64,000 nt of DNA from Bigelowiella natans CCMP2755 (taxonomy: Eukaryota; Protista; Cercozoa). Where the stretch lies: the NCBI GenBank assembly GCA_000320545.1, contig ADNK01000614.1, positions 186,001 through 250,000 on the forward strand. Direction: 5' to 3'. A program made the position numbers and the translations under genes. The notes under the pieces are model-generated. The model was not told the origin of the DNA, did no database searches, and was given only the letters and a program-made list of their open reading frames with translations. Shown one piece after another: positions 1 to 13,579 of the stretch; position 1 is the first letter of the stretch; each line of letters opens with the position of its first letter.

Positions 1-673
1 CGAAGTACTACTTAGAAAGCTGCTACAGGCAGGGAGGAAGATAAAAGTAAGGAGGACTTTGATCAACCACTTATCTCGCCAGGATATCATTTATGCTGGG
101 TTTCTGCGTATGTTATCTATGTTTCTCAGAAGGCATTCTCGATAGTACTGATATCTGAACGCTTTTATTTCTTAATGCCATTGAGCCGATGATTATTCAG
201 ATATTTATCGATGAAATCATCAGTCTCTTTTCTTTCAGTTGCTGCTCGCCTTAAACGAATTGTAGTCATTTATTATTCATAATTATTATCACCTTTACAA
301 TTAGATCAAGTTCGGCAAAAACCTTGGGAAAAGCGATCCCTTCTATCGACAGCCCCCCCCTGAGAGGGAGAATAAGGCACGACGAGGAAGAGAGAGAGGG
401 AACAGGGTTGGTGGGAGAGGAAGGAGGAAGGAGGACTTGCGTCCTTTTTTTTTAAAAGCGATATCAATGCTATGAAGTAGTAAGTGCCATACCAGAATTT
501 CTCAAGGAAACGAATGAAAATGCAGAGGCCAATGATGCATTTCCTCTTCCTCGTCCTTCTTCTCCTAACATCAGAATATCGAGAATCTTCTCCAAAGTGA
601 AGTCATACACACAGGGCAACTGCAATACTTTCAGCGGTAATAATAAGAACAAACGCCGTCACCACCTTCATCG

Positions 674-718
<45 letters not shown>

Positions 719-900
719 CTTCACAAAATATACGCGCAAGTAACCGGTAGTACCACATCGTCAGGGGCCTCTTCGGAGGGTGGGGTGAGTGCCAGGGCGT
801 TGTCACGAAGAGAGGTAGTATATGAACGTCACTACTTAGTTCCATATAACGGGGAGGAGGAGGAGGAGGAGGAGGAGGAGGAGGAGGAGAAAAACTTGAG

Positions 901-941
<41 letters not shown>

Positions 942-1872
942 CATCGATGTGATGTGTAGTTGCAGAATAAAAACAAAGATGCTTACTTTTAACATCTAGC
1001 CAGATGATATATGTATGTGTGTGTGTGTGTGTTTTTGCATGATGGCAGGAAAGCTGCACATCTTCAAGAGTGGGAAGGTGAGGATAAAATTCTATTGCCA
1101 ACTAGTAGTTGACTCACCCACATCCTTCATTTTATCCCCCCATCATCGTGTTTTCACTATCACCGCCACCGCCATAAATCGATCTATCGTTTCTCATGCA
1201 TCATCAGACGCTCGCGAAGGCATCTTTGATCGTGTCCATCAACCTGAAGGTCCTCATCTTTGACTATTGATGATAACGATGGTGATGATGATGATGATGA
1301 TGACGATGAGATGGAGGGAGCAGGAAGAGGAGGAGGAGGAGAAAGTGAAGAGTCGCAGACAATAGCATCCGCACGTTCTCATGCCTTTTTGCGGTGCGTG
1401 TGTGTTTGTAATTCCGACCATCCCTTGAATGATGCATGCAGATGTCCCGCATAACTACTGGCGAGACTATGGAGGAATTCATCGTCGTTGAGCAGCAATC
1501 TGGCATGCTGTTCGGGTCAAAGGAGGTTTCACACCGCGTCAAGGTGATGACAGAGCGACTAGGATATTGAGGAATGTGTGCCTGTGTGTGTATGTATGTG
1601 TGAAAAAGTACTTGTCAGTCTGAAATCCAATCCTCGCCACATGATCACTAATGTGTGCTTTATTTGAATTATTTGCCTTTTTTATGTATGTCGGGGTAAT
1701 ATATTGCGCTGTGTGTTTGTCTATCTACTCTTCCTCTATTATCTCTCGTATCATCAATTAGTCTGGCAACGACGCAGAATGGAAGGTAAACATTAATAAA
1801 TATGCCAAACCTGAACCGAATACTGCCCCAGAAGAAGCAACAGTCTCGGCGGTAGAAAAAGCAGCAAAATAG
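1..1872 (+). CDS. PH-domain protein, 3' part (5' end outside the window), multi-exon
   Basis: Hand-spliced GT-AG exons (~575-627, 765-813, 1049-1077, 1208-1249, 1442-1544, 1762-1872) give ...EVIHTGQLQYFQRGLFGGWGECQGVVTKRGKLHIFKSGKTLAKASLIVSINLKMSRITTGETMEEFIVVEQQSGMLFGSKEVSHRVKSGNDAEWKVNINKYAK...KAAK*. This has the PH pattern G-x-L...W...G-x-L-H-x-F...W in the terminal helix. Stop TAG at 1870-1872. Confidence 0.65.
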
Positions 1873-2060
1873 CTGTGGTTACGAGAATATCATCTTAAAG
1901 TGTGTTTTTCCCTGCACACATATCAGATATATTTTGTAGCGCAAAGTGTGCTGAAATATGACAATGACAGATTTCTATACCTAATATACATTAACTGTAT
2001 CCTCCCGAAGGATAGCTGCTCGTTGTGTGTGCGCAGACACGTTAAGACTGCAACTGTCTA

Positions 2061-2146
2061 TATGAGACGGATGTAATGAAGTGTTTAAATCTTTTCAATG
2101 GTCATCCTAATGTAGCTGTGCAATGCAGCGGCTACAGCGCTTAAAT
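2061..2146 (+). repeat. Dispersed ~85-100 bp post-stop repeat, copy A
   Basis: TATGAGACGGATGTAATGAA...GTCATCCTAATGTAGCTGTGCAA...GCGGCTACAGCGCTTAAA. It matches the reverse complement of 42118-42221 and, more loosely, 11739-11801 and 31469-31520. Confidence 0.8.
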
Positions 2147-2690
2147 ATATGTACATAGCTTATGCTTGCGATGGTGTGCTCATTTGCAGCTGCAGACATC
2201 CTTCAAAAAATGCATAAAGGGTGAAACGAATAATCCAATGCGCGTAATATTTTACTAAAGAAAACCCTCCAGTATAAATAAGCCTTGAGCAAAGTAGAAT
2301 ACTGCAATGGACAATAATAGACACAGCAATATAATATATTGCATGTCTATCATGACACTGCGCACAGTGCTCATATTTTGCAAAGAAAGTCGAACACTAA
2401 CGGCCTCATGCCTTCCAAGCACACGATTATAAGAACAATAGCGATGTTTCAATTATGATGTGTGGCGCCTATTATAACGCATTAGGCGTACGTGTTCATT
2501 ATTGACTTTGTTATGCATCTGACTTGATGATAATGGCTAATAAGTGGCCAAACTAATTCATCCCTATTGCATGTTCCTTGGATAGTCGATATGCGCACGG
2601 ATGCCATAACGATGGTTGGTATGATATGCCAAAAGAGTGCGCGATGAAAGCATTGCTAGGATTCTATTCATATATGCTATATCGTTGTTA

Positions 2691-3477
2691 TCAATGGGGC
2701 GTTGATGATTTTCCTGCTGCAGGTTCTCTGGCCTCCTGCTTTTCCTTCGGTGGACAGCACACAACGCACGGGTTGAACCCAACATTACGGGTTCCGCATG
2801 TGTAGCACACCCACTCCTCAGCTGTACATTCGGAGAAAAACAATGTATGGAAAGGGGCGGGGGGGGCGGGGGGGATGATAAGATGTTACAATTCAAAGAT
2901 GTGTCTCCTTATGTGCACATTGTTCGCCTACCTGCTGATTCTCGGCTCTTATCGCCATCCAGCTGTTTTCAATATACACATCAATCGTAACATACGTTGC
3001 TCATGTCAATGACGACAAGAACGATGAACGTGAGGGAATAACTCCAATTGCACCACTTGCACATCACGACAACACAAAACGCAACACAACACAACACAAC
3101 ACAACCCCAAAGGCAGCCAACTCGTCCTCATCCAGTGGATCTCCTGTATACCAACGCCCATCAAAGCCGCAACGACCGACAGTAGTAATAATGCTTGCAT
3201 TCATATTTATCATCATTCATCATCCCATCGTCGTCATTAACATACTACGTACAACGCACAATAACACGCCCGCGAAAACGGGCATCACGTTAGACATCAT
3301 CATGGCACCTTCATGCTCTTCAAAAAGCTCCTCGATCTTCGGGAACAACCGAACGCGCTTCCGTATCATCGTCGTGTTTTTCTTGTCTACTTTCTCTTTT
3401 TTGTTCTTTGCATCGTCGAGCAAATAGCCCAGCGAGTTGTCCTGCTCGTACGTGACAATCAACACAAACACAAGACA

Positions 3478-3529
<52 letters not shown>

Positions 3530-4521
3530 CATATGATAATTGATTTGCCAACCCTCTATATGCATGCCTGCAGCAGCACCAGCATCAAGGTGTTTCAGTA
3601 CCGTACTCTTCACATCTTGCTCGCCACCCCCCCCCCTTTTCGGCTTGCCCTTCTCCTTCTCCTCCTTCTTCCTGACCCCCGTCTTTATTGTAATACACAC
3701 GACGCGACTTAAACTCTGCAAACATCGCCTTCGGCAGCTGGTAGCGGGATAAGAAAATTAGCAATGAAATCGAATAAGAGTGGTGAAGGGCGGATGATGG
3801 ATCCATTGTACTCCCCCTGTCCCATTCCCCCCCCCCCCCCCCGCCCCTCTCCCTCTCACCCTCAACCTTTTATACCTGCATGATGCGCACGTGGATGTGT
3901 CGTGAACATTGTGCAGTCCACAAGCCGGACATTGCCACGACTGATATTACGTTGTAAAGCATGCTATCATTAACCATCCTCTTCATCATCATCATCATCA
4001 TAATCGTAGATTATTCGTTCTCTATCCCGCACACCATTGCCATGAGAGCAATCATCGTTCATATTTATCATCATCATCATCGTCAACGTCATCATCATAG
4101 GCGCCGTGCGCAACTCACTTACCCCGGGTTTGAATACGTTTGGAGCGATGCTGATGCCCTCCTGATATACACGCACACGTACACACACACACACACTCAC
4201 ACATACACGCTTTTGTGGTGGAAGGTGGCCATCATCGTATACTACTACCTACAACTGGTACTACTACTACTACTACCTCGATGTTTCCCAAATTACAGTT
4301 GTAGCACTTCGTCTGTGGAAAGTGGGGAGGGGGGGGGGAGGAGGAGGAGGAGGAGGAAAGAGAAGGCGGAGAGGGAAGGGGGAGGGAAGATATGAGACTA
4401 CTGTTTTGGGGGGGGAAACGATTATTATCATTATATCATTATTCGAATGTTCACGTTGAATCTCATCGTTTTTCATTGCTGATTTCTTAGTCAAATTAGA
4501 AGCAACATAGATGCGAGATCT

Positions 4522-4567
<46 letters not shown>

Positions 4568-5213
4568 AGTCTTCTCTTATCGTCGCTGCTTCACAAACTA
4601 ATTCTCAGGGCATATTATTGTCACGCCGTCGCTCACTCACTCTGTTGGCGTAATTCAACGCGTTGCAGGATGAGCACACCTGATTGATTAAGAAGATGAT
4701 GATGATAATTACGACGATGATAATAACGACGACGACGACGACGACGATGATGATGATGATGATGATAAAGATGGGGTGCAATGAATAGCATACGGGTTCT
4801 ACCAGTAAGACTCAAATATTAGGTACACTCATTTCTTCCTTCTGCTACGACTCCTACTACTATTACTACTACTACTACTACTACTATTAATTATTTGCTA
4901 TTATTTGGGACTACTACCCAATCGCCGTTGAGCGGTGCTCTTTCTACGACCTCAGCTTGTGTCTTGTTTTTGGAGCATTTTCGACATCTAAATGCGGTAG
5001 GAGGAGGGGGGGGACATTGTTGTTATACATTCATACGTCTCATTTCGTTCGTTATCATTATCATCATCTTTGGATGAATCCTTCCACCCGCCCCATTCCC
5101 CCCCCCCCCCCCCCCCCCCGGGGAGACCTTTTGTTGGAGGCGTTGTTGGGCGTTGAGCATTCGCTGCATATCCTGACGAATTCAATATAAATATAAATAT
5201 GTAAATGTAGTCG

Positions 5214-5256
<43 letters not shown>

Positions 5257-6130
5257 CTCTCTCTCGTATGTGTGTGTGTGTATGTGGTGATATGGACAAG
5301 TACCAGTCTCCAGGCCTGAGCTCATGCGGGATTTTAGGGCGTCGTACCCCTAAAAAGGCCAGGGCAAATAAATGAGATGGTGATGATGATGATGATGATG
5401 ATAATTGAGATAATTCCCACTCCTATGCATATTGCATTCACCCATATTTGAGCTCGATGCACACTCGGCCTGCGTGCGCTTGCAAACGTAGCAGGATTCC
5501 TCCCTGTCACTGTTATAGACCTTGAAAGGAGGAGGAGGAGGAGGAGGATGGGACTAGTTAGAGCACATATCATAAATATGACAGAGAGAATGATCACAAC
5601 ATCTCTTAGCTGTCAAAGAAACATGTTTAGTAGAAGTAGTAGTCGTAGTAGTAGTAGCAACTGTTCACTTCTTTCATGTGATTGGTTGGTCTATGCGATT
5701 GTAAAAGAGGAAGGGTCGCAGACCTTACACCGATGGCAGTACCACGACAGGTATTTCGCCAACGTGCTGTGGAGAAGAAGAAGAATATGTCATATGATGT
5801 TTACAAATTCTATCATATAATCAATTATCCACAACTACGTGGGCAGCTCCTTCCATTCCAAACGACAAAGAGGGAGGCGATTCAGGCTTAGGAGCGGGAT
5901 GATCTTTTAATTATTCGTATATATTACCGGACAGGCTCGTTCTTTGGGGCGCGACAAGAATAGCACACCTGCGAGTCATGGCACCACACAGATATATAAC
6001 TTTCGCCGATGTTGTGTATTTATGATTCTAGTCGTTGATTTGGAGTTTGCTGCGTTCGTCATCGAGTTTGTGTGTCTTTTATTATTTCTTGATGGCATTC
6101 TAACCACCAATCCATACCATATCATCATTC

Positions 6131-6163
<33 letters not shown>

Positions 6164-6358
6164 CTATGATTCCCTCCAGCACATATGTTTTGCTTTACAT
6201 ACCGTACGAGAAGCGTCGTTTTTAAAGCCACACGCAACGCACTTCCACTTTTCTACTTCAAATCTATATCATAACGCATTTGGGGAAGAAAAGGACCAAG
6301 ATTAAGCTCCTAGCAAAAATTCTTGAAGCCAAACGTTTTCTATCCTTTCGTATATCTT

Positions 6359-6404
<46 letters not shown>

Positions 6405-6424
6405 CTCAAATATCTATTCGTATA

Positions 6425-6466
<42 letters not shown>

Positions 6467-6700
6467 CACAAAATAATATATTTAAAAATCGTATGTTTAT
6501 TCTTCTTCTCAAGAGGTCTATTTAACATATTATTATTACTACTTCTACTCTTACCGGGAGTTGTCGATAGCTGTAGCTGTGATGTTAGCCCCACAGAGTT
6601 GACATGTCTTACGCGCCTTCATTTAGAAAAGAAGCAAGTGATGTTGATGGTGGTGATGATGATGATGAAGACGGCAACGACATTAGAAGCCCTCCCCTCT

Positions 6701-6742
<42 letters not shown>

Positions 6743-7043
6743 CGTCTAAATTAGATTTTGCTACCCCCGGATTATGGGTGCCGCACTCCTCGCAAGCCCA
6801 GTCTCCAGGAAGCCAATCGTTGTTCATCAGCGGCTTTCGGGGGTCAAATCCAGGGCGACTACGCGAAGAGTCGCTAAGACGTGTGCGTCCCTTGTTTCGA
6901 GCCCTCTTATTCTTAGCCCCACCCTTGCCCCTCCCATCTCCGGCAGGTGATGATTTTGTCGAGAGTAAAGCTGGCATTGGACACCCTTGGCGTAGAGGCC
7001 GCAGATCGAGCAAACCACGCAGGGAGGGGAGACGGCGGATCAT
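2691..7043 (-). CDS. Multi-RanBP2-type zinc-finger protein (~7 fingers) with an Arg/Leu-rich, possibly mitochondrial, presequence; many exons
   Basis: Spliced exons give W-x-C-x2-C-x3-N-x5/6-C-x2-C units: WACEECGTHNPG/ARKTCQLC, WKCVACGFKNDASRT/VCYSC, WYCHRCK/TNQSHER/..CYVC (degenerate), W/ICSECSTPNNASNKR/CRKC, W/VCSSCNALNYANR/TKCYNC, WQCPACGLHNVHDTSTCASC, WVCYTCGTRNVGFNPCVVC. ATG at 7043 (MIRRLPSLRGLLDLRPLRQ), TGA at 2693-2691. Confidence 0.8.
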
Positions 7044-7314
7044 CTCAACTGAAAAATTAGTACGGTTAGGACTACTCAGCTGGGAAATGCTTGTCGCATC
7101 CAGACAAAATATTATAGGATAAATACCCTTATTCAATGGATATATTCGCATATCTGGGTAGAGCGAGATACACGGGTAGCGATGGGTTATTGCAGGATCC
7201 TATTTGCTTTCTTACGATGTTTTATTGACGAAAAACAAACGGGATATGTATCAGGGCTTGATTGGGATGTTTCTCCGATAAATCATTGCCTAACAAGAGG
7301 GTTTGCTGCGCCAA

Positions 7315-7505
7315 ATGGCCGACCCTACCCCCTGTCCTCGGGTCGCGAAAGTCCGCACCGTAGGCGGCTTACAGACCCCCGCAGCGTTTATCTACGCTAA
7401 GAAGGGCCTTCCAATTAACATTACACCTGATTTGTATAAGCATCTACCAAACTTAAAGGTAGTAGTGGTGTGCTGTGTGGCGATCGAAGAACAACTGACG
7501 ATTGC

Positions 7506-7545
<40 letters not shown>

Positions 7546-10500
7546 TTTCTCTCTCGATCCCACGTTACGTAGGGCCTGCAGCAGCCTCTTCATGACTTAA
7601 TCGGCATGGAATGTGCCAGAAGTACGAAGGATGGGTGCGTTGCTGATTGACAGTTATGCGTGCTACCGCTTTTCTTCATCCCCTCTCTCATTTAACAAAT
7701 ACAGGCTCCGCAAAATGCTCACAATGGACTCTGAGCAGGTTGTGGCACAATCATCGTAACCCTATTTATAACAAATAAATAGTATAAATGGCAGCGCTAC
7801 TGTCCCTTGCTCTCCCTCCCCCCCGCCCCCCCCTCCCTCTCTTTCTTTCTTTCTTTCTTTCTTTCTCTGTGTCGTTAAATGAACGATTCGGAGCAGGTGA
7901 TTTACACGACGATCTGGGACCCTCTCACATGTGTGACAGGACCAGCAAATAACAACGGGTCATTCATTCAACCTTCCACCATACACTAGCAAACAAAAGG
8001 GGCGGGCGCGCATGCGTCGTTTGTGTCTCTGCCTTCGAGGTCTCCTCCATCTTTCATACTCTCCCTATCCCCGCCCCCCGCCGTCACTGCTATTTGGAGT
8101 TCTGAAGAACATTGAATACGGTAGGATCAGCATCAATACGGTGAAGAAAGGCCGCGTCCAGGTCTGCCTTGTATTTGCCACAAATGAGTAGAGAAAGAAG
8201 AAAGTTTTTGATTGAGTGTGTAGCCGTGTTTCTGTGTGTGCTCGTCATTGCCAAACTAGCCACAATTATTATACGGTCTGGCGTTTGATTCTATTCAGTT
8301 GAAATGCGAGTCGTTCATGGCTGACGTCAAAGCGATGCAGCCGCATATGGTCGCCCTTCTTTCCGATCATCTCTACCAGCCCACATCAAAAGGTAGGAGG
8401 CAGAGCGGGGGGGACGGAGCAGAAGGAGAAGGGAGGTGGTATTGAGTGTGAGTACAACCTCCGATATTACTCTTCTTCCGTGTCGTGGATCATGTATGTA
8501 TGCAGGAAGAGTGAGAAAGGCGACAACCCGGACTGTAGACTGGGCGCGGCAATGCGTCAAGCGTGCGAGTGAGTACGTGGTGAGGGTGGTCAATCATTAG
8601 TCACATGTGTGCATGTGTGTGTGTGTGTGCGGTGTGTGGTATGTTTGTGGACTTGACTGCATAGAAGAATGGAGGAAATGAATGATCATTTTATCAAGGG
8701 ACCTTATGGCACGATGACAGCGATTCTGATGATAAGGAGAAGAAGAAGGAGAAACCATCCTCTGGTCTGAAAGCCATATGCATATGTATATTCTCCTGAA
8801 TCCCTTTCCTTATCTTCAAATGATGGAATATGAGAAGGGGCGGGCGGAGAGTACGTCATAGTTATAATCAAAAGTATTCAGCACTATTAAGTACTCATCA
8901 CCGTCCTAACCCCCTCACCATCACCAGCGGTTGCATCAACATCAACAACATCGTCGCCATCTATCTCTCCTCGCTCTCCAGCTAAGCAAGCGCGGCCTCT
9001 GCTTTTTGGCGTCGTCGAGGGGGGGTAATAATGCTGTAATTGCATGTTCGATGTGGTGGTGATGGTGGTAACTATTCAGGAAGCTTCACCAGCAATAAAC
9101 CCGTCCCCCCCCCCCAAACCCCCCATGCCTCATCGCAGGGTTCAATTCCATCCTCTCGTCTTCCTTTTTATCATTTTCTCCTTCCTTCCTTTCTTCCTTC
9201 CTCCCCTCCCCTCCCTCTCCCTTTGGCTGCCACTGGTGTGCAGGGAGATGATGGATTCGAGACGATTCTGTGCGCAAGCTCTCTCCGACATCGAGGTGAT
9301 GATAGCGCGTGGAGGAGATAGATCTTCTACCTCAATTATGCTCCCTTTTCCAATAGTAACAGCAGCAGCAGCACACATACACACACACACACACACATAC
9401 ATGATCATTGCCTACATCCAATAGCCTCGAATAATCTAATGTCGGTTCTCCTGGTAGGGCCTGGATGGATTCGTTGTTGCAGGCCTTGGGCAGGGTGAAT
9501 CTACAGCCGCACGACAGGTGGTGCTAAAATGATAAATGATGAGAATGATGGTGATGGTGATGATGACAATGATGACAATGAGAAAAGGAAGGGGGAAGAG
9601 AATGTAGATGACGACGATGATCGTGATGATGGTGAAAATGGCGAATGTGATTGCGATGAACAAGCTCTTCAGCAAGGGAGGTTGCATAAATAGAACTGAC
9701 TTTGTGCGCCCCCCCCCCCCCCCCTCAGGAGATTTTGCGAACGGTTCTTGCGTGTCTTCCCGTAGAGAAACCTGTAGTTGCTTCCGTCATTCATTCACCG
9801 TTACAGGTGGAAAAGGGGAAGGAAGGGGCGAGAATAGAGAATATGCAGTTTTCCGCTTTTGGCATGGCAAGGGGGGGGGGGGGGGAGAAGTGGAGGCGGT
9901 CTCCCTCTCATCCTGTTGGATTTAGTATTGTAGATGAATGTTTCCCCTTTCGTCATCAACACAATGATGCAAGCGAGGCTCCCTACAAAACTGTTCCTTT
10001 TACACCCAGGAAGCCATTGAATAATGACATGTGGTATATTCACGACAATGCGCAGCAGCAGCAGCAACAACAACAACAACCACAGGTTTTGGAGTGCGTG
10101 TCACACGGAGTTGACCTCTTTGAATCATGGTTAGTAGGCGACAAACCGATAGTAGCATAGATCATGGGTGAGGAGGGGAACCAGTGGAAATTATATATGT
10201 TTACTTCTCTCTCTCTCTTCCTCTCTCTCCTCCTCCTCTCTCTCCTTCTTTCTTCATGCAGCTATCCGTACCGCTTAACGTGCAAGGGCTGTGCCTTGAC
10301 ATTCCAGCATATGTTCGACAAAGAGAGGGCTCCGAGTTCTGCCGAGAAGACCGAGAATGACACGAAGGAGGAGGAGGAGGAGGAGGAGGAGGAGAAGAAG
10401 AATGACATTGCACTCTTCTCGAGCAAGATAAATCTTTGGGATCCGAAATATAAGTATACCTTCCTCGTCGCCTTCGTTGTCGTCGTCGTCGTGTCACCGC

Positions 10501-10726
10501 TATTCACAACCATCTACTGCATGCGTGTCTCACGATGCAGTGCATCTATACGTGCGTGCGTGCGTGTGTTTGTGATGGGGCTGTTTACAAGCAAGCATTT
10601 CTTTTCTTCCCCCTTCCCCTTCTCTTCCTCATCAGACTGGACACTTCGCCCATATTTCCGACCTGTGGGTGCTACGCATGTAATTTTATCCATATGCGTG
10701 GATACTATTTGCACGTATAATTAGGA

Positions 10727-10762
<36 letters not shown>

Positions 10763-11508
10763 TTCACTTTTTCCATATAATAATAATAATATTAATAATA
10801 ATAATATTAGTAATAATAATGCATAACATCTCATTACAATCACGCAAATATTGTTAAGGAGCAATCGCTCTTCCTCGAGGCTTATCATCATCATCATCAT
10901 TAAAAAAAATCATCCTCAGGTAAAACATACTCGAGGGCATATCTTCATCACCTCCTCAACACGCACGAGATGTTAGCTCAGGTGGTGTCATTCTCACACT
11001 CCTTCCCCCCATCTCGCTGTACGTTTCATTACGCAATCCAAGATGAGTAGCGATTATTCATTTTTTTACGATTTCGCCTCGCGCGGTGGTCATAGGTGCT
11101 GCTGCAGCTGCATAACATCTACCACTTCCAGGCTTTTTTCCAAGAGATTAGAAGGTCATCCTCACAAATAATTATGCCGACACAGTCTATCAAATTCTGC
11201 TGCGAATTAATGGATTTCTTTCTCTCTTCCTATCTGAACATCACGTTGTGTGTGCCGTTGTGATGTATATCCGATTTATGTTGTCGTCCTGGCGCGTGCA
11301 CGTCTTGCAGTTATTCGAATTGTTAGTCTTTTCTATGTTTTTATGAATTTGTGTGGAGCGTCTGAATTTGATTGTTGTTCGTGTGTATGTGTGTTTCTTT
11401 TTGGTGCTATTGGTCTTCTCCATCACATCTCCTCTATTAAGAGCGATAAGCGAATCCCGTTTTACGGAGTACAGAGAGCAGTTCGAGCGTGCATTTGATG
11501 CTGCCTAA
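7315..11508 (+). CDS. QTRT2: Queuine tRNA-ribosyltransferase accessory subunit (QTRT2/QTRTD1-like), multi-exon
   Basis: Exons read [111 protein letters not shown] (the TGT-family zinc site). The catalytic DSGG motif of QTRT1 is absent. Stop TAA at 11506-11508. Confidence 0.85.
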
Positions 11509-11738
11509 CTAGACATTCGTTACTGTTAGCCAGATCTTGTATGCCATGCCTCAATGCATTCGTAGTAGCAACTGAACATTTATTATAATAACAAGTTTAC
11601 AGTATGGAATGCAATCGTATTAGATTTGTCATAATAAGATTAGCATTTACTGTGTTGATGGCTGAGCAAAATAATCGAAAATTTGAGTACATAATGTATG
11701 GCTGATGCAGCCGTTGCTAGCGTTGCCGTCTAGGGCAA

Positions 11739-11801
11739 TGTGAGATGGATGTAATGAAATGATTATATTTTTTCAATAGTCATTCTAACGTAGTTGTGCA
11801 G
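11739..11801 (+). repeat. Dispersed post-stop repeat, copy B
   Basis: TGTGAGATGGATGTAATGAAAT...TTTTCAATAGTCATTCTAACGTAGTTGTGCA, followed by a local duplication of GTAG(T/C)TGTGCAGATATGAC. Confidence 0.75.
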
Positions 11802-12240
11802 ATATGACATCTAGCTAGCTAGTGTAGCTGTGCAGATATGACCTAGCATCATTGAGCATTGTGCGCATACGTCAACAATATATAACTCACAAAGCACATC
11901 TAGATGCACATGCGGTCATGGTGCTGTGTGGGACCCGTACGAAATGCAATGCATGCACGTGCGACGACGAGCAAACAGTGAAAGTATTGTTTATGTAGGA
12001 CCACATAGCAACTGTTTGTGCTCTGCATGATGTTCATCATGGTAAACAGCAGCAACATGTGCATGTGTGCTGTGGCTAGAATGTGTCGTCGGTTATTGTG
12101 CGAATACATGGCTAGCTCTCGTTCGCTCGTCATAACAAAGTCTCTTATAACTGGTATCATCGACAACCGCCGAAAATATACATGCTTTAGCTTTGGTTTG
12201 AAGCCATTATTCACCGCTGTAGGCGTTGGATGACCTCATT

Positions 12241-12612
12241 TTAGTTGGGGACAAGGGCAATTTTCCCAAAATGATTGTCGCTTACTCCCCCAGCGCCCCC
12301 ACCCGCCGAGAAGTTGAATGCAGCTGCCGCGCTGTTGAGGCCACGGAAGGTTTTCGCGATCTGTGCCGTGAGCTTGCCAGCCTCGAACATCTGTGTTAGC
12401 TCCTGAAGTCCCTGTGCTGAGTACTGCTTGAAGTCAGGTGCAGTGTTGTAGTTTATTTGGCGCACACCAGGCTTTGGATTCCCTGAGAGGCAAGGAGGGC
12501 CCTGAGTCTTCTTTGCGTAGCACCCGCTGTGTGGGAGGAGGAGATATACGCCTCCCGCGCGTAACGTACGCATCGCCTTGTCTGCAGTCCCCTCTTCGCC
12601 ATAGTTATCTAG

Positions 12613-12656
<44 letters not shown>

Positions 12657-13579
12657 GTAGTCGCATTGTTGTCATTTGTTGTACATCTTGATCATCATCA
12701 TTACTCTTCTCACAAAAATCCACCTGGAACGATATACGAGGACAAAGACGATGACGGCGACAACGACGAGGATCATTATTCGTTATACATTGACTTGGTG
12801 TTTACATCATTGTCATTATTATTACCATACACCACATCCACGCTATCATCTGGCAGGCTCTCGAACAGGTCTGCCTTCTTGTAATCCACCACGAATGTAG
12901 CCCCCAACCCCTTCACAAACGCAATCTCCTCCTCGCCGGACGCTGCTGTTGCGATGTGCGTGGCTCCGTATGCCTTGGCAATTTCGATGCCAATGAACCC
13001 CGTCCCACCCGAGCCAGAGGTGATGACTACGGTGAGATTACCGCTCTTGGTGTCGTTGATCCATGGAGATCCCTCAGGCATGGGGTCGTTGGGGAGGGAC
13101 CCTGTCCTCTTCAGAGAGAACAAAGACGTCAACCCAACTTCAGGGATGGTTCCTGCCTGCTCCAAAGGGAGATTTTCAGGCGCCAGAGCCAGATCAGCTT
13201 CTGAGGAGGACACGAATTCGGCGTAAGAAGGATGACCAGCACCCCAGACGCGGTCACCCGGCTTCAAGCGTGTGCAATCTGGGCATTCCATGACGGTTCC
13301 CGCCACATCGTTCCCACAGCCAAGAAGGCAACCGCCGAGTTCCACGGTGTCCACGTCCGAGGGGTTGACCGACGAGCTGTTGATTGCGATCAAGGCGTGG
13401 CCAGACTTGGCCTTTGGGCGGGGCACGGACTTGACCTTGACGCAGGAGGTGAACGGTTTTTTGCAAGGCCCTGCCCGGACTTGAAGCATGCGACTGCTTC
13501 CACCCTCGTCATCGTTGAGGGGGTCTGTTGCATCGGTGACACGGAGGGGGAGGAGAAAGAGGATGAGGGCAAGGGTCAT
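12241..13579 (-). CDS. MDR-family (quinone oxidoreductase/ADH-like) NADPH oxidoreductase with signal peptide; 2 exons (13579-12826, 12608-12241)
   Basis: Motifs SSVNPSD, GNDVAGTV, LKPGDRVWG, YAEF, AGTIPEVGLTS, VVITSGSGGTG, DVVY/DNYG and HFGKIAL. The hydrophobic N-terminus MTLALILFLLPLRVTDA starts at ATG 13579. The GT-AG intron 12825-12609 keeps the frame. Confidence 0.88.

Noticed and set aside
2061-2146. SECIS element or CRISPR-like repeat
   Set aside because: There is no matching 3' GA quartet and no in-frame TGA was needed in the upstream gene models. The copies are dispersed, not arrayed with spacers.
700-11500. Numerous 60-180 aa ORFs with poly-S/L/H/I/CV runs
   Set aside because: They are translations of intronic microsatellites that overlap real exons only in part.
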